This document shows, one piece after another, positions 1 to 8,151 of a stretch of DNA of 64,000 nucleotides. The stretch is from an uncultured Gammaproteobacteria bacterium. GTDB taxonomy: Bacteria > Patescibacteriota > Microgenomatia > Daviesbacterales > UBA10151. The notes under the pieces are model-generated. The model saw nothing but the letters and a program-made list of their open reading frames with translations, made no database searches and had not been told where the DNA came from. The stretch is from positions 71,184 through 135,183 of the forward strand of contig CAYMRP010000004.1 of assembly GCA_964392925.1 (NCBI GenBank), written 5' to 3'. The position numbers and the translations under genes are program-made. Position 1 is the first letter of the stretch; each line of letters begins with the position of its first letter.

Positions 1-211
1 AGAAGAGCATAAAGTCTATAAAATCGTCGATTCCCCGGAGGAAGTGTTAGAAGCCATCAACGCTTTTGAAAAAGAAATTGAAAAAGGCGACCACGGCGAT
101 CACCTCAAAGCCTCAACCGAAGGCTTCTCTATTTAAACAACCTAAGTATAAACTCTATTTTGTGCCTCCTGGTACTTGTGGTACTTTTGATACTCGTGGT
201 ACCCTTAAACT

Positions 212-1096
212 ATGCAACTTTCCCCTCATGATGTTAAAGATTTAGAACTAAAAGCCAACGAAATCCGTACAGATATTATAAAAATGTTAGTTGAAGCTAA
301 ATCCGGCCATTCAGGCGGTCCATTAGGCTTAGCCGATATTTTTACAGCCCTATTCTTTAAAGAATTAAATATAAATCCTGAAAAGCCTGAGTGGGAAGAA
401 AGAGATAGGTTCGTTTTATCCTGCGGCCATACCTGTCCTGTCATGTATGCTACCATGGCCCATCGCGGATTCTTTCCTATTTCCGAACTAAAAACCCTCC
501 GAAAACTTGGCAGCAGACTCCAAGGCCATCCGCATAGAGAAGCACTTCCCGGATTAGAAACAACCTCAGGCCCCTTAGGCTCAGGTTTATCTCAAGCTGC
601 CGGCATGGCTTTGGTTGGAAAAATGGATAATAAGTCTTGGCGGGTATATTGTGTAACCTCAGACGGCGAACACCAGGAGGGAAATACCTGGGAAGCAGTC
701 ATGTTTGCAGCCGGCCAAAAACTTGGAAATTTAACAGCCATAATGGATAGAAATAATATGCAAATCGACGGCCATACCGAAGATGTTTTGCCTCTTGATC
801 CGGTAGCCGATAAATATCGCGCCTTCAATTGGAATGTAATCGAAGTAAACGGCCATAATTTTGAGGAAATACTCGAAGCCTGCGAATCGGCTAAAAAAAT
901 TACTGATAAACCAACTATGATTATCGCCAACACTGTCCCTGGCAAAGGCGTAAGCTATATGGAAAACCGCTACGAATGGCACGGCGCACCTCCAGATGGA
1001 ATGGATATTGAAGGAGCTCCTAAAAAAGGCGAGCAGGCAAGCGAGGCACTACAACAATTGGAAAAAATTGAAAGAAGTCTTAAAGACTCAAGTTAA
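212..1096 (+). CDS. Transketolase, N-terminal (TPP-binding) subunit of a split transketolase
   Basis: Contains the TPP-binding motif GHSGGPLGLADIFTALFF, and its 294-aa length fits a split tkt N half. The next ORF encodes the C-terminal half. Confidence 0.85.
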   Translation: MQLSPHDVKDLELKANEIRTDIIKMLVEAKSGHSGGPLGLADIFTALFFKELNINPEKPEWEERDRFVLSCGHTCPVMYATMAHRGFFPISELKTLRKLGSRLQGHPHREALPGLETTSGPLGSGLSQAAGMALVGKMDNKSWRVYCVTSDGEHQEGNTWEAVMFAAGQKLGNLTAIMDRNNMQIDGHTEDVLPLDPVADKYRAFNWNVIEVNGHNFEEILEACESAKKITDKPTMIIANTVPGKGVSYMENRYEWHGAPPDGMDIEGAPKKGEQASEALQQLEKIERSLKDSS

Positions 1097-1103
1097 AAGT
1101 CAT

Positions 1104-2078
1104 ATGCAAAATAACCTAAATCCAAAATTATTTGATGATGATATCGAGCAAGTTCCGTCCCGGAACGGTTTTGGCGAAGGCTTAGTTATAGCTGGTGAAG
1201 AAAATCCAAACGTCGTTGCTCTCTGCGCAGATCTCACAGAATCGACTAGGATGGAAGGATTTAAAAAGAAATTCCCTGAACGCTTCGTTGAAGTTGGAGT
1301 TGCCGAGCAAAACCTGGTAACTGTCGCCTCCGGCATGGCGCATGAAGGCAAAATCCCATTCACCTCCTCATACGCCACATTCTCCCCAGGTAGAAACTGG
1401 GAGCAAATAAGAACCACAATTTGCTACAACAATCAGCCAGTTAAAATAATCGGCAACCACACCGGAGTCTCAGTCGGTCCCGATGGCGCAACTCATCAAG
1501 CGTTGGAAGATATCGCTCTGATGCGTGTTCTCCCCAATATGATCGTCGTTGTTCCGGCAGACTCAATCGAAGCTAAAAAAGCCACTATCGCTATCGCCAA
1601 AAATGGCAAACCAAGCTACCTTAGACTTTCCAGAGACAAGACCCCGGTTATTACTACTGAAGACTCATCGTTTGAGATAGGCAAAGCCGAAGTTCTAAAT
1701 AATGGTAATGACGTGACTATTATTGCTTGTGGCCAAATGGTGTACCTCGCTTTAAAAGTTGCTAAAACCCTTGAAGAGGATAAGATTAGTGTTCGGGTAA
1801 TAAATTGCCACACAATTAAACCTTTAGACACAAAAACAATCCTAAATGCCGCAGAAGAAACTGGTGCCATAGTTACAGTCGAAGAACACCAAATAGCTGG
1901 TGGTTTAGGCAGCGCAGTCGCAGAAGTCGTTTCAGAATCATATCCTGTGCCCATTAAACGAATCGGCATTGAAGACAGTTTTGGCGAAAGTGGTTCGACT
2001 GCAGAGCTGATGACAAAATATGGCCTAACTGAAGAGCATATAAAGAAAGCTGTTCTCGAAGTAATTAGGCGAAAGTAA
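1104..2078 (+). CDS. Transketolase, C-terminal (pyrimidine-binding/transketolase C) subunit
   Basis: Similar to the Pyr-binding and C-terminal domains of transketolase/DXS-like enzymes (VEVGVAEQNLVTVASGMA, GATHQALEDIALMR). The ATG at 1104 lies just after the stop of the N-subunit gene. The tracked start at 996 would overlap the upstream gene. Confidence 0.85.
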   Translation: MQNNLNPKLFDDDIEQVPSRNGFGEGLVIAGEENPNVVALCADLTESTRMEGFKKKFPERFVEVGVAEQNLVTVASGMAHEGKIPFTSSYATFSPGRNWEQIRTTICYNNQPVKIIGNHTGVSVGPDGATHQALEDIALMRVLPNMIVVVPADSIEAKKATIAIAKNGKPSYLRLSRDKTPVITTEDSSFEIGKAEVLNNGNDVTIIACGQMVYLALKVAKTLEEDKISVRVINCHTIKPLDTKTILNAAEETGAIVTVEEHQIAGGLGSAVAEVVSESYPVPIKRIGIEDSFGESGSTAELMTKYGLTEEHIKKAVLEVIRRK

Positions 2079-2342
2079 TCTATGTGTAATCTCTGCGGTG
2101 TAGTCACCATACCTCTCGATTTCCTACTCTCACTCTTAATGCTCGCCCTATCATACTTAATAATGATTTCTCAAATGGCCGTTATGTTTATATCCCGTTT
2201 TCTTGAATACAACCTCCGCAAATTCACCCAAAAATAATCTCCACTTTTCGAACATAGTGAGAAAATGCCTTAAGGAAGCAAATCCGGGAAACTGCGGGGT
2301 TTACACGCCAATACTCTTTGTGTAGAATCTTTTAACTAACGC

Positions 2343-3113
2343 ATGGACAAGACTGAGACTACTTCTTTCATTACCACACCAACAGCAATCTTAATCGGAT
2401 CGATCTTAATCTCTATTTCCTTATTAATCTCTGGCGGTGCTGTTCAAATAAAAGGTTTTAATTCTGGCGCGGCTGGTGTACCTACAGCCCCAGGAGCTCC
2501 TGCAGCTCCAGGCGCACCCACAGCTGCAGCCCCAGCTGAGCCAACATCTGCCACAGTCTCTATAGACGATGATCCCATCTTAGGAAATGCGGACGCTCCT
2601 GTCACCATAGTTGAATTCTCCGACTATGAATGCCCATTCTGCAAAAGACATTTTGAACAGACTTATGCTCAACTAAAAACTAACTACATAGAAACAGGCA
2701 AGGTAAAGTTAGTTTTCCGTGATCTCCCGCTTTCTTTCCATGATCCTCTAGCTACAAAAGAAGCAATCGCTGCCAATTGCGCTAGAGAGCAGGGCAATGA
2801 TCAGACTTATTTCAAGATGCATGAGGCACTTTTTCAAACCACAACATCAAATGGTAGTGGCATGACCATGGATCAGCTTTACGGTTTAGCCGGGAAAGTC
2901 GGTATTGATCAAACTGCTTTCAAAACCTGTATCGATGCCGATAAATATAAAGATGAAGTAGCCAAAGACTTAGCAGATGCCGGTGCAGCCGGAGCAACTG
3001 GAACTCCTAGTTTTGTGATTGGTAAATCAGGCAAAGAAGTCTCAGGTAAGTTAATAGTTGGAGCTCAGCCGTACGCAGCATTCCAAGCCGAAATCGATGC
3101 TTTGTTAAAGTAA
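2343..3113 (+). CDS. DsbA-like thiol:disulfide oxidoreductase, membrane-anchored with a Pro/Ala-rich linker
   Basis: N-terminal TM helix, then an (AP/GAP)n linker. The CPFC active site sits in the DsbA/BdbD-like context YECPFCKRHF. Confidence 0.7.
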   Translation: MDKTETTSFITTPTAILIGSILISISLLISGGAVQIKGFNSGAAGVPTAPGAPAAPGAPTAAAPAEPTSATVSIDDDPILGNADAPVTIVEFSDYECPFCKRHFEQTYAQLKTNYIETGKVKLVFRDLPLSFHDPLATKEAIAANCAREQGNDQTYFKMHEALFQTTTSNGSGMTMDQLYGLAGKVGIDQTAFKTCIDADKYKDEVAKDLADAGAAGATGTPSFVIGKSGKEVSGKLIVGAQPYAAFQAEIDALLK

Positions 3114-3180
3114 CAATTTAACCATTTAACAATTCAGCAATTTAACCATTTAACAATTCAGCAATTTAACAATTAATTTA
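3114..3180. repeat. Intergenic tandem direct repeat (24-bp unit caatttaaccatttaacaattcag x2 plus a partial copy)
   Basis: Seen directly between the DsbA-like stop and the kinase start. Confidence 0.8.
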
Positions 3181-3202
3181 TGCTATATTGTTACTACCTG
3201 CT

Positions 3203-4423
3203 ATGAATTTTGATCTTGAAAATGATTTTCAAATTTTTGATGAACTCCTAAAAAAACGGCCCGAAATCTCGACTGATTCTTTCAAAAAAGATCTTCAAAA
3301 CTTTTTCCTCCCTTATGCCGAGAAGCTTCTAAAGCTTAAGGAATCAGCAGATAAAGCTATAGTTATCGGAGTCTCTGCCATTCAGGGTGCTGGCAAAACC
3401 ACGCAGGGTGAAATCCTAGAGATCCTCCTCCGGCATTTTAATAAAACATCAGTTAGTCTTTCGATTGACGATCATTACATTACTCATAAAGAGCTCTGTG
3501 AATTAAGACAACAGGATTCAAGGTTTATCAGGCGTGGAGTGACCCACGATATTGGTCTTGCGATAAGAAATATTAATGATTTAGTAGATTTTAAATCCCC
3601 AATAATCATTGCTCAATATGATAAAGGTGCACAAATGGGGGACGGAGATAGGTTTGCCTTTATAACACCTGTTGAAAATTTAACTCTTAAAGCCAAAGTT
3701 TTTGAAGAGGATCTGATTATTAATAAACTTCCTCAAACTGAAAAAGCTCTTAAGTTGTTGTCCTCTCAGTACGGCTCTGAAGATTTGAAATTGCCCGAAA
3801 ATATGGGTTCGGATATCCCAATAACTGAGGAATTTCTTCCTCAACCGCTTTGCGACTTTCTTTCCAGAATTGATAATCAGGTTGTTACAATTACCCGAGT
3901 CCAGGATAAGGTCTATTTTAGAGGTGGGGAAGATTTAGAAGTAAATATTAGTGATCTGCCAAAAGGCTGGAGACTAGTTCCTCAAAAACCCGATTTTATT
4001 TTCTATGACGGCTGGATGTTAGGTGCTAGAAAAGTTCAGGATGAGTCTGCATTTAGTCCTGAACTGCCTGCGCTGGAAGGCCCTAACTCTAGGGACTTCG
4101 CAATTTTTATTAATAATAAGCTCACTCATTACAATCCTTTATGGGACTTAATAGACTTTACCTGTGTTTTATATGTGCCTAATTATCAAATGTCTCTCAA
4201 ATGGAGAGATCAGGCAGAAGAATCCTTACGCACTCAGGGAAAAGGCATGACCCCGGATCAAATCCGTGAATTCGTTTACTATTTCTGGCGCTCAGTCCAT
4301 CCGGCCATTCAAATTAAAAATCTAGCCCAAGATCCCGAAACAGACCAGGTAATTATTATTAACGACGATCACACAATAAAAGAAGTATTGAAGCCGGAAG
4401 AAGTAGCAGTTAGGTATCAGTAA
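3203..4423 (+). CDS. P-loop kinase of the PRK/glycerate-3-kinase (GLYK-like) family
   Basis: The Walker A block GVSAIQGAGKTT, then IDDHYIT and RGVTHDIGL, resemble plant-type D-glycerate 3-kinase (ISAPQGCGKTT...IDDFYLT...RGNAGSHDL). The tracked start at 3188 is a TTG; the ATG at 3203 is more plausible. Confidence 0.5.
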   Translation: MNFDLENDFQIFDELLKKRPEISTDSFKKDLQNFFLPYAEKLLKLKESADKAIVIGVSAIQGAGKTTQGEILEILLRHFNKTSVSLSIDDHYITHKELCELRQQDSRFIRRGVTHDIGLAIRNINDLVDFKSPIIIAQYDKGAQMGDGDRFAFITPVENLTLKAKVFEEDLIINKLPQTEKALKLLSSQYGSEDLKLPENMGSDIPITEEFLPQPLCDFLSRIDNQVVTITRVQDKVYFRGGEDLEVNISDLPKGWRLVPQKPDFIFYDGWMLGARKVQDESAFSPELPALEGPNSRDFAIFINNKLTHYNPLWDLIDFTCVLYVPNYQMSLKWRDQAEESLRTQGKGMTPDQIREFVYYFWRSVHPAIQIKNLAQDPETDQVIIINDDHTIKEVLKPEEVAVRYQ

Positions 4424-4533
4424 AATTTCTAATTTCTAAGTGCTCTAATTACTAAACAAATCCCAATACTCAAAATTGGGACTTTGGTTATTTCTTAGGT
4501 TAATTAGAAATTAGGTTAATTAGAAATTAAACC
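4424..4533. repeat. Intergenic repeated element, copy A (~110 bp)
   Basis: aatttctaatttctaagtgctctaatt...aaatcccaata...ttaggttaattagaaattaggttaattag has a near-identical counterpart at 41434-41565. It begins immediately after a stop codon. Internal hairpin tcccaat-N7-attggga. Confidence 0.75.
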
Positions 4534-5520
4534 ATGTACGATCTTATAACTATCGGAGACACAGTCATTGATACCTATCTGCCGATTGATGATGCCCAAG
4601 TTCTTGATAAAAAAGGCGTTAAATATCTTGGTTTAAAGTATGGTTATAAAATCCCCGTTTCTGACGGAGTTTCTGTGGTTGCCGGCAATGCCGCCAATAA
4701 CTCTATCGGAGCCTCCCGGCTGAAGCTAAAAACCGCAATCTATACTAATGTCGGGAATAAAGACGACGAGCAAAATGATGATCGTATCAAAGCTAAATTG
4801 AAGCAGGAAGGTGTGGATGTTCGCTATATAAAAGAAACTGACGATCTTCCTTCAAATCACAATATCGTCCTGACTTATAAAGGTGAGCGAACAATACTAG
4901 TCCATCACCAGCCATTCAAATTCGAGCTTCCAGACTTGGATAAATCTAAATGGGTTTATTTAACTTCAATGGCCCCAAATTATATTGAAACTCCCCTTGT
5001 AAATCAGCTTATCAATTACCTAGAGAGATCAAACGCTAAGCTTGCTTACCAGCCAGGCACTTTTCAGGTCAAACTGCGAGCAAAAAAACAGCACCGAATA
5101 TTATCTTTAGTTAATTTCTTGATTATGAACGCAGAAGAAGCAATTCATTTTCTGGAGCAGGAAGCCAATGAGCCCGTTCCAATTAAAAAACTTCTTAATA
5201 TGCTTTATCAATTAGGTCCTCGGTTAGTTGTTATCACTGATGGTAAAAAAGGCTCATTTGGTTTTGATGGAAAAAAGTATTTCTCGCTTGATGTCTTCCC
5301 TGCCAAGCTTGTCGAAATGACTGGTGCAGGGGATTCATTCGCAACCGGCACTCTGGCCGGCCTCTTTTACGGACATTCACTTGAAGAATCAATGCGCTGG
5401 GGCGGAGTTAATTCAGCCTCAGTCGTCGAACACATGGGATCAACCCCCGGATTATTAACACTAAACAAAATGGAAGAAAAACTAAAGGAACACAAAAAAA
5501 TTACTGCAAATGAATTATGA
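4534..5520 (+). CDS. PfkB-family carbohydrate kinase (ribokinase/phosphofructokinase-B fold)
   Basis: C-terminal VVITDGKKGS...TGAGDSFATG matches the PfkB signature-2 region (GAGD anion hole). Confidence 0.7.
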   Translation: MYDLITIGDTVIDTYLPIDDAQVLDKKGVKYLGLKYGYKIPVSDGVSVVAGNAANNSIGASRLKLKTAIYTNVGNKDDEQNDDRIKAKLKQEGVDVRYIKETDDLPSNHNIVLTYKGERTILVHHQPFKFELPDLDKSKWVYLTSMAPNYIETPLVNQLINYLERSNAKLAYQPGTFQVKLRAKKQHRILSLVNFLIMNAEEAIHFLEQEANEPVPIKKLLNMLYQLGPRLVVITDGKKGSFGFDGKKYFSLDVFPAKLVEMTGAGDSFATGTLAGLFYGHSLEESMRWGGVNSASVVEHMGSTPGLLTLNKMEEKLKEHKKITANEL

Positions 5521-6217
5521 TGTTATTATGTCCATAAACCAAAAAGGCCTGACTGCAATATTTATTATTGTAAGCCTGCTGGTTTTTAGTAGTGCTATAG
5601 GCGGAGCCTATTTTTTTGGCACACAATCTAAAGCACCTGTCCCTTCCCCAAGCTTAGGCCCCTCATCAACGCCCTCTGTTGCACCAATTCTAAGTCCTCT
5701 TCCTTCCCAAACAGCAGCCACTCCGAGCCCAAGTGCTCAGGCTTCAGTTGTCACCACTCCTGTAACCGCTGTCAAAACCGAGCTAAAAATTACTTCAACT
5801 GTCCTTAATAACTCTCTCCCCTCAGGTTGGAAAACCATAAACAGCGCTAACAATAGCTTTCAGGTAGGCTATGATCCAAATCTGTATGAGGGAGAACAAA
5901 CAGCTTCATTTGCTGATAGTATTAACATTGAGAGAAGTAAAGAATGCTGTTTTAACTTTAACATTAATATAAAACCTTACAATGGTGGTTCAAGACATTC
6001 ATTCATAGGTAATTATGATAAAACTCCTCAGACTTATGAAAAAGATTATTACATAAAAGGTCGAAATGGCTTAGTGATATACAACATAATCTCCTCCTCA
6101 GCCTCAGCAATTGGCATGGTCAATATAGACGGTAAAAGAGCTTTTTATCTTACTTTCTATGGAAGCGACCAAGCATATATAGAGAAAGTATTGGCAAGCC
6201 TGAGAGTCCTACCCTAG
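5510..6217 (+). CDS. Hypothetical membrane-anchored protein with a Pro/Ser-rich linker
   Basis: One N-terminal TM helix, then a low-complexity PS-rich stretch and a globular C-terminal region with no recognisable motif. Confidence 0.4.
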   Translation: MNYDVIMSINQKGLTAIFIIVSLLVFSSAIGGAYFFGTQSKAPVPSPSLGPSSTPSVAPILSPLPSQTAATPSPSAQASVVTTPVTAVKTELKITSTVLNNSLPSGWKTINSANNSFQVGYDPNLYEGEQTASFADSINIERSKECCFNFNINIKPYNGGSRHSFIGNYDKTPQTYEKDYYIKGRNGLVIYNIISSSASAIGMVNIDGKRAFYLTFYGSDQAYIEKVLASLRVLP

Positions 6218-6793
6218 GAGCATCAGGTTGAATTCTTTCATTTTCTCGGAATCAAGTTTAGCCTCCAAAACTTTAACTTTCAAAGCTAAGTTAGGAAAAC
6301 TCTCCTCTGAAACTTTTTCTATAAATTCATCAAAACTAAATAAAATGGGTGTAATTCTTTCCCCTCCCTCTAAATTTTGCGGTCCAACTTTACGGCATCC
6401 CCGCGCCACATACGTATAAACAGTCCAATCAATCTTATAAATTGGATTTTCTAAATACCAAAGTTCAATTTCTTTACATTCATAACCAGTCTCCTCCAAA
6501 AGCTCGCGTTTGGCGGTATCTTCTGGTTTTTCCCCAGGATCCACTTTCCCGGCGACATTCTTTAAATGAAGTGGAATATGAGGCTGTTCTTCCTCAATCA
6601 GCATAATCTTCCCGTCCTCAGTAACGGGAATAACAGTCACAGTCTCACTTCTTTTTAATGACTCAAAAATAGCTTTTGAATCATCAAACAACACCTGTTC
6701 CCATTGATATACGTCAAAGATCTTACCTTTAAAAACTTTCTTTGCTGCATCTGGAATCTTCTTCATCTCGACTCTAAGTTTAATATATGTCAA
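6209..6793 (-). CDS. NUDIX hydrolase
   Basis: Nudix box GKVDPGEKPEDTAKRELLEETGY fits GX5EX7REUXEEXGU. Confidence 0.7.
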   Translation of the reverse strand: MTYIKLRVEMKKIPDAAKKVFKGKIFDVYQWEQVLFDDSKAIFESLKRSETVTVIPVTEDGKIMLIEEEQPHIPLHLKNVAGKVDPGEKPEDTAKRELLEETGYECKEIELWYLENPIYKIDWTVYTYVARGCRKVGPQNLEGGERITPILFSFDEFIEKVSEESFPNLALKVKVLEAKLDSEKMKEFNLMLLG

Positions 6794-6803
6794 ACTAAAT
6801 TCA

Positions 6804-7169
6804 ATGCCTAATATAAATCAAAATGGTCTCGCACCTCTAATATTAATCGGGGTTTTGTTATCTATTGGGGTAATTGCTGCCTCCGGAACATACTACGCTT
6901 TGAATTTAACCCAACCTGTAAAGCAGGAATCTATCATCCCGGCGCAAAATCCAATTCCTTCGCCAAATGTAAATGTCACCATAGAAGAAGTTAAACAAAC
7001 AAACGAAGATGCTTTATTAAATATGGAAGGTGTGGAAAAAGTCGAAGTGGGGGAGAAGGATGGTAAACCCTGTGTAGTTGTCTTCAGCTTCAAAGAAACA
7101 GACGAACTTCAAAATCTGGAGAATAATGGTTTAAGTGGCTATGAGGTAGTTGTCCAAAATACTAAATAA
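6804..7169 (+). CDS. Hypothetical small secreted/membrane-anchored protein
   Basis: N-terminal hydrophobic signal/anchor; no known motif. Confidence 0.35.
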   Translation: MPNINQNGLAPLILIGVLLSIGVIAASGTYYALNLTQPVKQESIIPAQNPIPSPNVNVTIEEVKQTNEDALLNMEGVEKVEVGEKDGKPCVVVFSFKETDELQNLENNGLSGYEVVVQNTK

Positions 7170-7217
7170 TTAGTAATATCTCGACAATCCCAAAGCGATA
7201 TGCCAAACTAAATATTA

Positions 7218-8102
7218 ATGCCCAATCTTTCTAAATTCCAAAAAGACGGAAAATTCTTAATGCTGGCTTTTGATCACCGCGGCAGCTTCAAAAAACTAAT
7301 GAATCCTGAAAATCCTGATTCAGTAACTGACGAAGAAGCAATTTCTTTAAAAAAAGAAATTATTGACTCACTTAGAGGCCAGTTCACAAGTCTTCTGATT
7401 GATCAGGAAATCGGCTTAAAAGCTTATGAACCCAGAGATGTGCCTTATCTTCTTCCAATCGAAAAAACTGGTTATGAAGTAACGGGTGAAGAACGTTTAA
7501 CTGAACTTGAGAATTCCGTAGAATCACTCAAAGCAGCCGGAGCCTCAGGCGTAAAAATCTTAGTTTGGTTTAATCCCTACGTTGAATCGGCTCAAAAACA
7601 ATTGGAAATCAGTAAAAAAGTTATGGAGGAATGCCAAGCTGCAGATATGCCTTATTTTCTCGAGATCAGAACTTATGACGGTAAACGTGAAGCCGATAAA
7701 ATGGACGATGATGAAAGAGAGAAGATAATCCTCGAATCAATAAAAATGTTCTTAAGACATGATATATTCCCTGATGTCTACAAGCTAGAATACCCAGCCT
7801 CAGCCCTAGCCTGCCAAACAATCTCCGCCGCACTCCAGCTATCAGAACGGGAAATCCCATGGATCCTCCTCACAATGGGCTCCTCATTCGACGACTTCGT
7901 CGCCCAGCTAAAAGAAGCAAGCATCAGAGGCTGTAAAGGATTCTTAGCCGGCCGTGCAGTTTGGCAGGAAGTCTGCGCTATGAAAGGCGAAGAAAAACAG
8001 AAATTCCTAAAAGAAACTCTACCCGAAAGATTCAAAATAATCTCAGAAATAATGGTTGGTAATGCGGAAAATGTCATTGCGAGCGAAGCGTCGCAATCTT
8101 AA
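7218..8102 (+). CDS. Class I aldolase of the LacD/tagatose-bisphosphate aldolase-like family (possible FBP aldolase)
   Basis: N-terminal LMLAFDHRGSFKKLMN resembles the LacD ALAFDQRGALKRMM region. Its ~290-aa TIM-barrel size fits. It sits among sugar-phosphate genes. Confidence 0.5.
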   Translation: MPNLSKFQKDGKFLMLAFDHRGSFKKLMNPENPDSVTDEEAISLKKEIIDSLRGQFTSLLIDQEIGLKAYEPRDVPYLLPIEKTGYEVTGEERLTELENSVESLKAAGASGVKILVWFNPYVESAQKQLEISKKVMEECQAADMPYFLEIRTYDGKREADKMDDDEREKIILESIKMFLRHDIFPDVYKLEYPASALACQTISAALQLSEREIPWILLTMGSSFDDFVAQLKEASIRGCKGFLAGRAVWQEVCAMKGEEKQKFLKETLPERFKIISEIMVGNAENVIASEASQS

Positions 8103-8151
8103 CTAAACCAGCTTGGAGTATAAATCTTTTAACAGCACTCACAGTGACTTT

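Noticed and set aside
996-1103. N-terminal extension of the transketolase C-subunit ORF overlapping the N-subunit gene.
   Set aside because: The ATG at 1104 follows the upstream stop directly and gives a conventional split-tkt arrangement. The 100-bp overlap is an ORF-finder artefact.
226-2110. Minus-strand ORFs (226..456, 592..945, 731..982, 1100..1417, 1616..2110) overlapping the transketolase genes.
   Set aside because: These are shadow ORFs antisense to well-supported transketolase subunits. They have no motifs and their composition is typical of antisense frames.
3114-3180. Tandem repeats considered as a possible CRISPR array.
   Set aside because: Only 2-3 contiguous units with no unique spacers and no cas genes. 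The same applies to the ttaggttaattagaaa repeats at 4495-4533.
7666-8077. Minus-strand ORFs 7666..7860 and 7778..8077 inside the aldolase gene.
   Set aside because: Antisense artefacts: Arg/Leu-rich, no homology features.
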